From the IMG/VR virus record IMGVR_UViG_3300032324_001029, positions 1-26,537 of that record: a DNA stretch of 26,537 nucleotides; one strand, written 5' to 3'. The DNA comes from a virus (lineage: Duplodnaviria; Caudoviricetes). Position 1 is the stretch's first letter; every line of letters begins with the position of its first letter. Under the pieces are notes generated by a model. It was not told where the DNA came from, did no database searches, and worked only from the letters and a program-made list of their open reading frames with translations. The translations under genes and the position numbers were made by a program. Positions 9,376 to 18,171 of the stretch are shown one piece after another.

Positions 9376-9390
9376 TTTGAGTTAGACAAT

Positions 9391-9414
9391 TAGGGATGGT
9401 AAATACCATCCCTA
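9391..9414. repeat. 24-bp palindrome copy 1
   Basis: TAGGGATGGTA-AA-TACCATCCCTA; TTGACA begins after a 28-nt gap. Confidence 0.95.
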
Positions 9415-9501
9415 AAAAAAAATAGCAAATTTTTTTATTCTCTTGACAGTCCTGGGTATGTGTGGTAAGTGGTTAGCTCTAAAACTCTCTTTTAATTTGT
9501 A

Positions 9502-9530
9502 TTGCAATCCTTATGCACAGATGGTAATAT
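9502..9530 (+). promoter_or_regulatory. Sigma70-type promoter
   Basis: TTGCAA-17-TAATAT. Shares TATGCACAGATGGTAATATTC with the promoter at 11055-11083. Confidence 0.65.
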
Positions 9531-9567
9531 TCAGTATCACATTGTTTGATAAGGAAGCCAACCCGTT

Positions 9568-10890
9568 ATGTCGAATATGCCTAAGTCGTTTCTTGAACTG
9601 GACGATGCACCAGTCAAGGTCGCACCAAACACCTCTGTTTTCACCAATGCCCAGTCCCTTCAACCCCGTGAAGGTGCTACAGCAACGCAAGATGCCAATG
9701 GCACTTGGTTCAATGCTATCGGCTTGCAATCAACATCAACCCATCGCCACGTTGCCAAAGTTTGGCAAGACAAGTGTACCCCGTTTTCAGATTTCATTGA
9801 AACCATCAAGTCTCAATCAACCAACAAAGTTGATGTAATTAAGCCGGAATCTGAAATCCGTCTTAAGGATGTTGACACCTTGGTTGATGGTACACCTCTC
9901 ACTGATTCAGGCATGAATTCCTTGCGGGTTTTTGCAAATATGCCATCGTCTATCATCTCCTTCCTTAAGGAACGTGAATACAATGACGATTTGGTCAAGT
10001 ACATGAATACAGAGTTGGATAGACGTGAAACCCAGTGGAATAACAAGGGCAAGGAAAAGCGCACTTTTAATGTCCGAATCCGCCACGATGGTGAGGGCAA
10101 TAATGTAGTCCGTGCAATCGTATCGGAACGATACGGTGTGATTGATAATTCAGAAGCAATGGAAATGGTAGCCAATGCCCTTCCATCTTTGAACGATGCC
10201 CTTGCTTCTCACCTCTTCAATGATGGTGATGACATCTATGGTAACATCCTCCTTCCAGACTATATGAAGAGCGAACCAGACTCTGATTATGGGGTAGGCA
10301 TTGCATTTAAGAATAGTGAAATACGCAATTCCACTTTCAAAATCTCACCATTCCTCTTTCGTGCCATTTGTCTTAATGGAATGATTTGGGGTAGACAAAA
10401 TGCTAAAGATGAAATCAACGTCAACCAAAAGCACATGGGTAAGATTGACCTTGAAGACCTTCAATTGCAAGTTACCCAAGCAATCAAGGTTGCATTAACA
10501 CAAGGCAATGATATGTTGACCTTGCTTGGATATGCAAAGCAAGTTAAGGTCACTAACCCTGTCGCTGTAATTGCCCAGTTGGCTAGGGATGAAAAGATGA
10601 CCATTGAACAGGGTAAACTCTGGCACAAGGGCTACTTGGATTCCCTGCACGAACGTCATGGAGATGTTCACGAAAAGTCTGCCTTTGGTATCATCAATGG
10701 CTTGACACGCTCTGCCCAAGATTACACCGGCGCAAGCCGTGAAGAGATGGAAACCTTAGCAAGTAAGATACTTGCACCATCCATTGATTCATCTTTACAG
10801 GAGATATCAAAGCGATGGGGTCTTATTGACGCTAGAGCAAACCAATTGGAAGAAAAAACCTCTAGACAATACCAGTTTGTGGGCGCATAG
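9568..10890 (+). CDS. DUF932-like protein
   Basis: RAIVSERYGVIDN, GIAFKNSE, PFLFRAICLNGMI, H-G and FGIINGLT follow the DUF932/DUF945 pattern. Confidence 0.7.
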   Translation: MSNMPKSFLELDDAPVKVAPNTSVFTNAQSLQPREGATATQDANGTWFNAIGLQSTSTHRHVAKVWQDKCTPFSDFIETIKSQSTNKVDVIKPESEIRLKDVDTLVDGTPLTDSGMNSLRVFANMPSSIISFLKEREYNDDLVKYMNTELDRRETQWNNKGKEKRTFNVRIRHDGEGNNVVRAIVSERYGVIDNSEAMEMVANALPSLNDALASHLFNDGDDIYGNILLPDYMKSEPDSDYGVGIAFKNSEIRNSTFKISPFLFRAICLNGMIWGRQNAKDEINVNQKHMGKIDLEDLQLQVTQAIKVALTQGNDMLTLLGYAKQVKVTNPVAVIAQLARDEKMTIEQGKLWHKGYLDSLHERHGDVHEKSAFGIINGLTRSAQDYTGASREEMETLASKILAPSIDSSLQEISKRWGLIDARANQLEEKTSRQYQFVGA

Positions 10891-11003
10891 CCCATAAACC
10901 TTCCAATAAGGACATTATAATTGCACTAAATGCTCTTATAGTGTCCTTATTTGTGTTTAAATACACCAATGATCAGCTATAAAATTTATTTGAACTTTCC
11001 TTG

Positions 11004-11027
11004 TAGGGATGGTCAGTACCATCCCTA
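11004..11027. repeat. 24-bp palindrome copy 2
   Basis: TAGGGATGGT-CAGT-ACCATCCCTA; TTGCGA-17-TAATAT follows after 27 nt. Confidence 0.95.
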
Positions 11028-11102
11028 ATTAAAATTGTCAAAGTTATTTAATTGTTGCGAGGTCTATGCACAGATGGTAATATTCTAGTGAGGAAACCTA
11101 TT

Positions 11103-13208
11103 ATGAAAATCGCAGAAAGCAGTGTTCAGATTCAGTCTTCAGGCATCCAGTCTGAAGCCTATTTCACCATTAAAGAATCCAATGTTGGTCATATCTTTGG
11201 TATCTTACGCAACCAACTCTACAGCAACAAGCCATTAGCAATCATTCGTGAATACTGCACCAACGCATTTGATGCACACGTTGATGCTGGCATCCCTGAG
11301 CGTCCTATTGAGGTATCGTTCCCAACACATTTCAAGAAATCTTTGACCATTCGTGATTTTGGCAAGGGTCTTTCTGAGAATGAGGTGTTTACCGTCTTTA
11401 ATTCATACGGTGAATCAACCAAGCGTGGAACCAATGACCAAGTTGGAATGCTAGGATTAGGTAGCAAATCAGCATTCTGTTATGTGAATGATTTCAAGAT
11501 TGTATCTCATCACGATGGTGTTAAGTCTGTTTACCTTGCTTACATTGATGAATCCAACAAGGGTAAGATATCCTTGCTCTCAAGGGAAGCCACAGATGAA
11601 ACTGGCTTGGCAATTGATATTGTAATCAAGTCTGAGGATTTGTATTCCTTCCGTGAGGTTGCTTCTCAATTCTTGTATGAATTCAACCCACAACCAATCG
11701 TCTTAAATGATGATAATGTGGTCAATAACTTAAGCAAGCAAGACCAAACATCATACATCATTCGCAATGATAGATATGCTGTTGTCAATGACTCACGTAA
11801 ATCCAACACTGTCAGAATGGGTAATGTGAATTACGATTTTGACATATCAGACTTGCGATTGACTTGGGAAGAAAAGAACGACCTTAATGCTTACGTCTAT
11901 GCTAAGGTTAAGATATTTGCACCTATAGGTAGTGTAGTTCCATCTGCTTCCCGTGAATCGTTGGAAATGAACAGTCAAACGATTGAATACATCAAAAGCA
12001 CCTTGTTTGAAATCAAGGAAGAGATTAGGTCTCAAGTTCAATCCAAGTGCGTATTAATAGATTCTATGTATCAGTTTGCTTTGGCTCTTCGAGATTGCAG
12101 TACCTTAATGAGGTACTTTAAATTCTCCATCAACTATCGTGGTGAAGAGTATAACTACATGAAGCACACGAATTATTTCACAAAGGAGAAATTTCCTACC
12201 ATCAAGGGGATTAGCAACGTCTATGATGGTAATAGAAATAATATTAAAGTAACCAATTACTTTACGCCTTGTGAAGACCAAACCATCTTTTATTTCTACA
12301 AGAATGTAAAGGACAATACTGTTCGTAGAAGGATTTTGGATTCTGGCTTGATTACGCAACAGTCTTACCTGTTGGAATTTGACAATCAGACTGATGCAAT
12401 GGACATTGTGAATCACAAAGACTTTGCGGGTATTAAGTTTGTAGATGTTTCAACATTGAATTACAACCTTAACACGAGCAGGAAATCTGCTGGTAAGTAT
12501 GCTGTAAGTGAGGTGTATGAATTCCTTGAGAATCGCGGTCAGGTTCATGCATCTTGGCAAGCGACATCCCTTTCATTGCAAGATACTGAAGGTGTTTACA
12601 TTGAAATCAAACGCTTCCAGCCAGTGCGTAAATTCAGTCAACATCGCAACTTTGATTCAGTGTCAGACTTGCAAATGCTAATTGATAATGCCAGAAAAGT
12701 CGGTGTTGTCATCCCCAAAGTTTATGGTGTCAAGTATTGCGACATTGATAGTCTGGGCGATGGATGGGTGGAACTTGGTGACTATGTTCAACAAGCCATC
12801 TACAATTTCTCAGATAATGAAATTGAACGAATGAACTCCGCTAGGATTACTTACAAGGTTAAGGAAGAATGGCGTAATGCATTCCATTACGGAATGATTG
12901 ATTGTGACCAAGATTTGACACGTATCAAAGAAATCATCAATCAGCACTACAACAGTTCTTATAGCGTCTCAAACTTGGGTATAAATCTTACGAATATGTT
13001 AGATTACGGTTTCAAGTTTGACCTTGATACAAGTATGGAATTGGATGACTTGATTGAGAAGACACTTAACAAGTACCCGATACTTAGATGCTTGTTCGAT
13101 TATGATAGGTATACAGCCATTGCATCAGAAGGTATCAACAAGTATTGGCAGAATGTCAATGGATACCTTAAGAGTCAAGACTATCTGCACAGTGAGGGTT
13201 TGGGCTAG
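11103..13208 (+). CDS. rIIA: rIIA-like protein (N-terminal GHKL ATPase)
   Basis: LYSNKPLAIIREYCTNAFDAH, IRDFGKGLS, STKR-TNDQVGMLGLGSKS, SASRESL; lies upstream of an rIIB-like gene. ATG 11103 preferred as start. Confidence 0.88.
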   Translation: MKIAESSVQIQSSGIQSEAYFTIKESNVGHIFGILRNQLYSNKPLAIIREYCTNAFDAHVDAGIPERPIEVSFPTHFKKSLTIRDFGKGLSENEVFTVFNSYGESTKRGTNDQVGMLGLGSKSAFCYVNDFKIVSHHDGVKSVYLAYIDESNKGKISLLSREATDETGLAIDIVIKSEDLYSFREVASQFLYEFNPQPIVLNDDNVVNNLSKQDQTSYIIRNDRYAVVNDSRKSNTVRMGNVNYDFDISDLRLTWEEKNDLNAYVYAKVKIFAPIGSVVPSASRESLEMNSQTIEYIKSTLFEIKEEIRSQVQSKCVLIDSMYQFALALRDCSTLMRYFKFSINYRGEEYNYMKHTNYFTKEKFPTIKGISNVYDGNRNNIKVTNYFTPCEDQTIFYFYKNVKDNTVRRRILDSGLITQQSYLLEFDNQTDAMDIVNHKDFAGIKFVDVSTLNYNLNTSRKSAGKYAVSEVYEFLENRGQVHASWQATSLSLQDTEGVYIEIKRFQPVRKFSQHRNFDSVSDLQMLIDNARKVGVVIPKVYGVKYCDIDSLGDGWVELGDYVQQAIYNFSDNEIERMNSARITYKVKEEWRNAFHYGMIDCDQDLTRIKEIINQHYNSSYSVSNLGINLTNMLDYGFKFDLDTSMELDDLIEKTLNKYPILRCLFDYDRYTAIASEGINKYWQNVNGYLKSQDYLHSEGLG

Positions 13209-13236
13209 TAGGTTTCCTCAAATTATCTAATAGCTC

Positions 13237-13269
13237 AAAAATGGAGGCTTTCGAGCCTCCATTTTTTTT
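13237..13269 (+). terminator. Intrinsic terminator after rIIA
   Basis: AAAAATGGAGGCT-TTCG-AGCCTCCATTTTTTTT. Confidence 0.85.
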
Positions 13270-13281
13270 GATACATACACG

Positions 13282-13305
13282 TAGGGATGGTACCTACCAT
13301 CCCTA
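13282..13305. repeat. 24-bp palindrome copy 3
   Basis: TAGGGATGGTA-CC-TACCATCCCTA between rIIA and rIIB. Confidence 0.95.
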
Positions 13306-13401
13306 AAAGAAACTAACAAATATATTTATTTTCGATTAGAGTTTGCATTTCGAGTTAAGAATATGATATTATCAGTATATCGGAAATAGGAGATTGGTGT
13401 T

Positions 13402-14553
13402 ATGGAATTAAATGCACAGATTGTGAATCCAGATATGAACTCTGGACACATTTTTTTACTACTTGATGGGAAAGAGTATTCCATCAATGCTGGAAATTCG
13501 AGTTTCTCAAAAGCACTTGAGGCTTACAATGCCAAGGACTGGGAATCTTTCATCTATATTGTAAATCCTGAGATTCGCTTGAAGAGCCTCTACGCCTCTT
13601 ATGAAGGAATCGAGGTCAAAGATGGCAACCTTTATGTCTTTGGTGACCCTATTCATTCTACCATTGCAAAGCGTGTTATCTCATTCATTGAACACGGTTT
13701 GGATTGCGTTCACTTGTTCAAGTTTATCTTGAAATTAAATATGAATCCATCTAAACGTGCTGTAGATGAATTGTATACCTTCCTTGAGCATCGTGCTTTG
13801 CCAGTGACTGACAATGGAAATTTCCTTGCTTACAAGGCTGTTCGTGCAGATTACACTGATAAGTATAGTGGTAAGTTCCTGAACACTATTGATAGTGTAC
13901 TTGAAATGCCACGTAACAAAGTAGATGATAACAAAGAGAATGGATGTTCATACGGTTTCCACGCAGGTAGTGTGGACTATGCCAAGAACTTTATGGATAG
14001 AGATGGGCATTTGATGCTTGTTGAAATCAATCCTGCCGATGTTGTTTCCATCCCAACAGATTGCCAATTCCAGAAATTGCGTACTTGCAAATACAAGGTA
14101 GTTGGTGAGTATGAGATTGACCTCAATGACCCTATGTATGCATCACGCTTCCAAACTGACCAAGATGATGATGTAGATGTTTGGAACGATGAGGAAGAGG
14201 ATGACCTCTGCTCTGGTTGCAACATGGAATATAATTCGTGGTGTTGTGATTGCGAACAGTGTGGTGGCTGTTGTAACTGTGACGGTGAGCCTGATGCACC
14301 TAAGACTGAAATCCAACTCCAATTAAATCTTGACAACAAGATACAAGAGGATGATTGGAAAGTAAAGCGATTTGAATATATCAAGATGCTCAATTTCTTG
14401 TATTCCAATCGTAGACCTGCTGTAGCCAATGCTATGCGTAATTTCTATAGCAATGTTAGTCATCATCATCTCATCAACCCTGAATTCAATGTCCTGTTGA
14501 ATTTCACATCTGATGAGGATGCACACAAGATTTATCTTGAATACACATCATAG
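13402..14553 (+). CDS. rIIB: rIIB-like protein with acidic/Cys-rich C-terminal extension
   Basis: NPSKRAVDELYTFLEH, LPVTDNGNFLAYKAV, MPRNKVDDN, CSYGFHAG, INPADVVSIPTD, KLRTCKYKVVGE. Confidence 0.9.
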   Translation: MELNAQIVNPDMNSGHIFLLLDGKEYSINAGNSSFSKALEAYNAKDWESFIYIVNPEIRLKSLYASYEGIEVKDGNLYVFGDPIHSTIAKRVISFIEHGLDCVHLFKFILKLNMNPSKRAVDELYTFLEHRALPVTDNGNFLAYKAVRADYTDKYSGKFLNTIDSVLEMPRNKVDDNKENGCSYGFHAGSVDYAKNFMDRDGHLMLVEINPADVVSIPTDCQFQKLRTCKYKVVGEYEIDLNDPMYASRFQTDQDDDVDVWNDEEEDDLCSGCNMEYNSWCCDCEQCGGCCNCDGEPDAPKTEIQLQLNLDNKIQEDDWKVKRFEYIKMLNFLYSNRRPAVANAMRNFYSNVSHHHLINPEFNVLLNFTSDEDAHKIYLEYTS

Positions 14554-14573
14554 TATTCAGCTACTGTCAAGAG

Positions 14574-14605
14574 TATCCCCGGAGAAATCTGGGGATATTT
14601 TTTTT
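14574..14605 (+). terminator. Intrinsic terminator
   Basis: TATCCCCGGA-GAAA-TCTGGGGATA plus T8. Confidence 0.85.
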
Positions 14606-14618
14606 GCTACTCTTCTAT

Positions 14619-14642
14619 TAGGGATGGTAGATACCATCCCTA
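14619..14642. repeat. 24-bp palindrome copy 4
   Basis: TAGGGATGGTA-GA-TACCATCCCTA. Confidence 0.95.
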
Positions 14643-14683
14643 ATAATATCTGTCATATTTTAATTTTATGATATAATACTAAT

Positions 14684-15013
14684 ATGGAAACTTGGGAATG
14701 GTATTGCAAAGTGGATTCTGGATACACGCTTAATGGCACAATCAATTTCCACTGTGATGAGAATCAATACTTAGAGATTCCTGATAGTCTTTGGGATTGT
14801 ATGTTTATAATCAAGCTGCCAGATTATAAGAGTGAAAAGTATTCGTCTATCACTTTAGAATTAGTAGACAATCCAATAAGAAAACACTTATTACACTCAG
14901 ACATATTAAAAGTAAAAGATATGTATATATGTTTTGTTTATGGCGAATATGTTGAAACTATGTATGGATTATTCCCTTTCTCTGAAACAGAAAATCCATT
15001 TAAACAGGACTAA
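14684..15013 (+). CDS. Hypothetical protein (probably leaderless)
   Basis: 109 aa; TATAAT lies 6 nt before the ATG. Confidence 0.7.
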   Translation: METWEWYCKVDSGYTLNGTINFHCDENQYLEIPDSLWDCMFIIKLPDYKSEKYSSITLELVDNPIRKHLLHSDILKVKDMYICFVYGEYVETMYGLFPFSETENPFKQD

Positions 15014-15053
15014 CTTGCTCTAAATTAGAACATCCTAATATAAGGAGAATCTA

Positions 15054-15818
15054 ATGGCTTTCGTTTATCAAGCAGGCGTTTTTACTAGTTATGCAATCAA
15101 TCTTGGGTTAGCTGATAAACTATTTCAAGATCAACTTATTGCATCACAATCTGGTACTGCAGCATCATATACTCAACTATCGCGTACTTTAGTATCAAAC
15201 ACTATTAGCCTACCAGGAAATACCAATGCTAACTATGATGCTACTCTTGTTTTAACACAAGATTTAAGATCTACTGAAGACAATCTACCAGCTACATTGA
15301 GATTGTTTTACGAACCAACTTTAAGATCCACTGACACATATTTTCAGGGTGTAGTGGGATCATCATTTAGAAACTATTTTGACAGTAAAACAACAGACAA
15401 AACAATAGATTACACTGTTACATCTCCTACTTCTTCTGCTACAGGATTTTCAAGTTTTAGAGATCTTTACAGAAGAGTTTACAGCTCTGAACTTATTTAT
15501 AAATTATATAACTATAATTCATCAGGAGTTTTAGCGTCAACAGCTGGAACATTTGGTTTTGCTGGTTCTTTACTGGAGCTTAGAAAATATTTCTCTACTG
15601 GAACTGGTGGAACTATAACGTTAAGTTTAACAAGAACATCTGATGGTGGATCTGATTCAGTATCATTGTATTTTGGTCCTTATTCAGGAACAGGTGCATC
15701 TTATTCTAATATAGTTACTGATCCAGGTAGTGGAACATTATATTCATCTATTGATAGTGTATCAGTTTCAGGCCTATCATCTGGAGCTGGAAGAACATTT
15801 GAAATATGGATTAGATAA
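15054..15818 (+). CDS. Ser/Thr/Gly-rich protein, possibly virion-associated
   Basis: 254 aa with TAAGGAG RBS. Beta-rich S/T/G composition typical of structural or decoration proteins (inference). Confidence 0.7.
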   Translation: MAFVYQAGVFTSYAINLGLADKLFQDQLIASQSGTAASYTQLSRTLVSNTISLPGNTNANYDATLVLTQDLRSTEDNLPATLRLFYEPTLRSTDTYFQGVVGSSFRNYFDSKTTDKTIDYTVTSPTSSATGFSSFRDLYRRVYSSELIYKLYNYNSSGVLASTAGTFGFAGSLLELRKYFSTGTGGTITLSLTRTSDGGSDSVSLYFGPYSGTGASYSNIVTDPGSGTLYSSIDSVSVSGLSSGAGRTFEIWIR

Positions 15819-15838
15819 AAATTTTTGAGATATTCTTT

Positions 15839-15862
15839 TAGGGATGATATCTATCATCCCTA
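15839..15862. repeat. 24-bp palindrome copy 5 (variant)
   Basis: TAGGGATGATA-TC-TATCATCCCTA; precedes the tRNA promoter. Confidence 0.95.
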
Positions 15863-15928
15863 TTTTTTTTGTCAATAATATTAATAGTTCTTGTATGACT
15901 TGATTGTGATGGTATAATATTAGCGTAT

Positions 15929-16009
15929 CCTCCGGTGATGGAACGGTAGACATGATTGACTTAAAATCAATTTCCGCAAGGAGTACGAGTTCGAATCTCG
16001 TCTGGAGGA
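15929..16009 (+). tRNA. tRNA-Leu(TAA)
   Basis: Acceptor CCTCCGG/CTGGAGG+A, GGTAGAC D-loop, ATTGA-CTTAAAA-TCAAT, variable arm, ACGAG-TTCGAAT-CTCGT; no encoded CCA. Confidence 0.92.
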
Positions 16010-16017
16010 TTTGGTTT

Positions 16018-16089
16018 GGTTCCATAGCTTAACGGTAAAGCAGAATCCTTTTAAGATTTTGAGTGCAGATTCGACTTCTGCTGGAGCCA
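16018..16089 (+). tRNA. tRNA-Lys(TTT)
   Basis: GGTTCCA/TGGAGCC+A, GAATC-CTTTTAA-GATTT, GCAGA-TTCGACT-TCTGC. Confidence 0.88.
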
Positions 16090-16130
16090 TATAACAAGGT
16101 TCTTGTTTTCATTACGCAGTATATAACTGT

Positions 16131-16595
16131 ATGGAAACAAGAACCTGTAGAAAATGTAAAAATAAAATCCCATTCAAAAAATTGATTGATGGGAAAATTC
16201 GCAATTTATCAAATAGAAAATTTTGTCTTGATTGTAGTCCTTTTGGAAGTAAAAACACTAAGCCAGATATTGATAAACAGACTGTAAAACCATCTGGAAC
16301 ACCTTACTCTGATTGGGATGAATCTTATAAACAAGCTCATCGAGATAAGATGGCAAAAAAAAGAATTGAACGTAAGAATGAATTGGTTAAACTTTCTGGT
16401 GGAAGTTGTTCTATTTGTGGTTATGATAAATGCAGGAATGCTTTGTCTTTTCATCATTTAAAACCAGAAGAAAAATCTTTTGGGCTATCAGCAGAAAATT
16501 TGCACAATCGGCCTTGGGATGATATATTAGATGAGTGGAAGAAATGTGTTTTAGTATGCTTGAATTGTCATATGGAAATTCACTCTTCTGAATAA
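16131..16595 (+). CDS. HNH endonuclease with N-terminal Zn-finger
   Basis: CRKC...FCLDC, then CSICGY...LSFHH...KCVLVCLNCHMEIH; located in the tRNA cluster. Confidence 0.85.
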   Translation: METRTCRKCKNKIPFKKLIDGKIRNLSNRKFCLDCSPFGSKNTKPDIDKQTVKPSGTPYSDWDESYKQAHRDKMAKKRIERKNELVKLSGGSCSICGYDKCRNALSFHHLKPEEKSFGLSAENLHNRPWDDILDEWKKCVLVCLNCHMEIHSSE

Positions 16596-16712
16596 TTTCA
16601 CTTGGTATGTTATTGCCTCCTTTCAAGCCAAGTGAAATCAATCCCCCTCTGTGACCAAATTTAGAGGGGGATTTCCTATTGCAGTACATACAACAGATGA
16701 TATAATACAAGT

Positions 16713-17207
16713 ATGGAAAACACTATTATTGCTCCCACATACGAAGTCAATGTTAAGTTTAGTTGGAAATACCCCGGCAAGCCAATTATAAATGTTGAAA
16801 AGCAAGGTTATGTTCAAACAACGCAAACTGAAGACAAGTTGATTGCTGAAGAGTTTATCAATACATTCCTTGGTAACTATGAGATTGGCATTTGCGAAGT
16901 CACCAATATGAGTATACTTTCTATCAAGAAAATATCTACATTTGATGAATGGGTGGAGAGATACAAACCAATTAAGAACGAGTTTGAAGAATATGGTTCT
17001 TTTGATGGATGCACTTTTGATTACACTGAAGATGACCAATGGGAATTTGTAAAGAAGCAAAATCCAGAAAATGTTTGGACAATGGTATGGGCTGAAGATA
17101 CTCATGCTATCATTCCCGGTTTTCACTGGGTAAATAGAGATAGTTATTTTGTTACAGAATTACCTGTCCTAAAAGAAGACTTGTCAACAGAGTTTATTGT
17201 GATATAA
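16713..17207 (+). CDS. Hypothetical phage protein (probably leaderless)
   Basis: 164 aa; C-terminal VWT...PGFHWVNR-Y-VTE pattern; TATAAT lies 6 nt before the ATG. Confidence 0.75.
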   Translation: MENTIIAPTYEVNVKFSWKYPGKPIINVEKQGYVQTTQTEDKLIAEEFINTFLGNYEIGICEVTNMSILSIKKISTFDEWVERYKPIKNEFEEYGSFDGCTFDYTEDDQWEFVKKQNPENVWTMVWAEDTHAIIPGFHWVNRDSYFVTELPVLKEDLSTEFIVI

Positions 17208-17213
17208 TATCTT

Positions 17214-17277
17214 CACAAGGTCGCTCATAACCTTGTGTTTAATCCCTCTTCTCGCTCATAGGAAGGGGGATTTTTTT
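17214..17277 (+). ncRNA. Candidate ~65-nt small RNA with two hairpins sharing the loop TCGCTCATA
   Basis: Promoter TTGTCA(17181)..TATAAT(17203). CACAAGG-TCGCTCATAA-CCTTGTG, then ATCCCTCTTC-TCGCTCATAG-GAAGGGGGAT plus T-tract. Confidence 0.55.
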
Positions 17278-17289
17278 GCATTTTAAATA

Positions 17290-17313
17290 TAGGGATGATA
17301 TCTATCATCCCTA
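17290..17313. repeat. 24-bp palindrome copy 6 (variant)
   Basis: TAGGGATGATA-TC-TATCATCCCTA, identical to copy 5. Confidence 0.95.
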
Positions 17314-17547
17314 AAACTATCTTTCAATAAAAAGATTTCTTAACATTTTTCTAACGTGACTTGCAATCTTACACGCAGTTGGTATAATATTACTAATTGA
17401 ATTGCTCTTGTAGTTCAATCCTCTAGATTACAGTCTGTCTCTATCAGTAACTCCTCCAAGGTCTAGAGAGAGAAAAAGCTTATGATAAAAACAAAAAATC
17501 ATAAGCTTTTTTCTTGCTTATTCCTATCTAATAATATACACTGTGAT

Positions 17548-17778
17548 ATGAAACACGTATTGTATGAGGTTACAGATAATTGGGATATTATCATCAAGTT
17601 AACTTTTGAAAACTACACTTATCTTAATGCTTTCATTGAGCAACATACTGCTGACAAAAAGTATGAGCCAAAGTTTCTTGTTCTTGAAGTTAATGATGAG
17701 GGTGATATTGATTTCCTTAGAATATATAATGGAGTCAAAGAAACTTCCAAAAAATATGTTGTTGACTTTGTAGATTAG
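17548..17778 (+). CDS. Hypothetical protein
   Basis: ATG 17548 preferred, because the track's upstream extension runs through a hairpin and promoter. Confidence 0.65.
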   Translation: MKHVLYEVTDNWDIIIKLTFENYTYLNAFIEQHTADKKYEPKFLVLEVNDEGDIDFLRIYNGVKETSKKYVVDFVD

Positions 17779-17910
17779 TGATATACTTTGTATGTTCAAG
17801 ATGACTACAGCATCAAGAATAAAATCCAGAATGTGGTGATTCTGGAGCATTGTGTGAAGAATGCTATATCTCCTTACCGTGTTCGTTCTGTCAGCATTCT
17901 TCACACTTTT

Positions 17911-17979
17911 GGGTGGGTAGCTTAATATTAAAGCAGAGGACATAAACCTTTGAAATGGGTGTAATTCCCATCCCACTCT
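17911..17979 (+). pseudogene. Atypical or degenerate tRNA-like element
   Basis: All four stems form (GGGTGGG/CCCACTC, GCTT/AAGC, AGAGG/CCTTT, ATGGG/CCCAT). D-loop lacks GG, T-loop is TGTAATT, anticodon loop ACATAAA lacks U33. Confidence 0.65.
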
Positions 17980-17983
17980 TTAA

Positions 17984-18056
17984 GGGCGATTAGCTTAATG
18001 GTTAAAGCAGGGGACTCATAATCCCTTGAGTGGGGGTTCAAGTCCCTCATCGCCCA
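17984..18056 (+). tRNA. tRNA with CAT anticodon (Ile2-like or elongator Met)
   Basis: GGGCGAT/ATCGCCC+A, GGGGA-CTCATAA-TCCCT, GGGGG-TTCAAGT-CCCTC. Confidence 0.9.
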
Positions 18057-18171
18057 TTGTTCCTGGTTGGTTGGTGTTTTGCATGTCCTACTCCTCCCCT
18101 CATTGAAATATATGAGGGGATTTTTTTGACATCACTATACCATTGTGATATATTATTATTGAGGAAAAGAA

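Noticed and set aside
6812-13269. TTTCGAG explained as UUCG tetraloops
   Set aside because: Only the copies at 6823 and 13251 sit in terminator loops (and 799 in a larger hairpin loop); most copies have no evident flanking stem.
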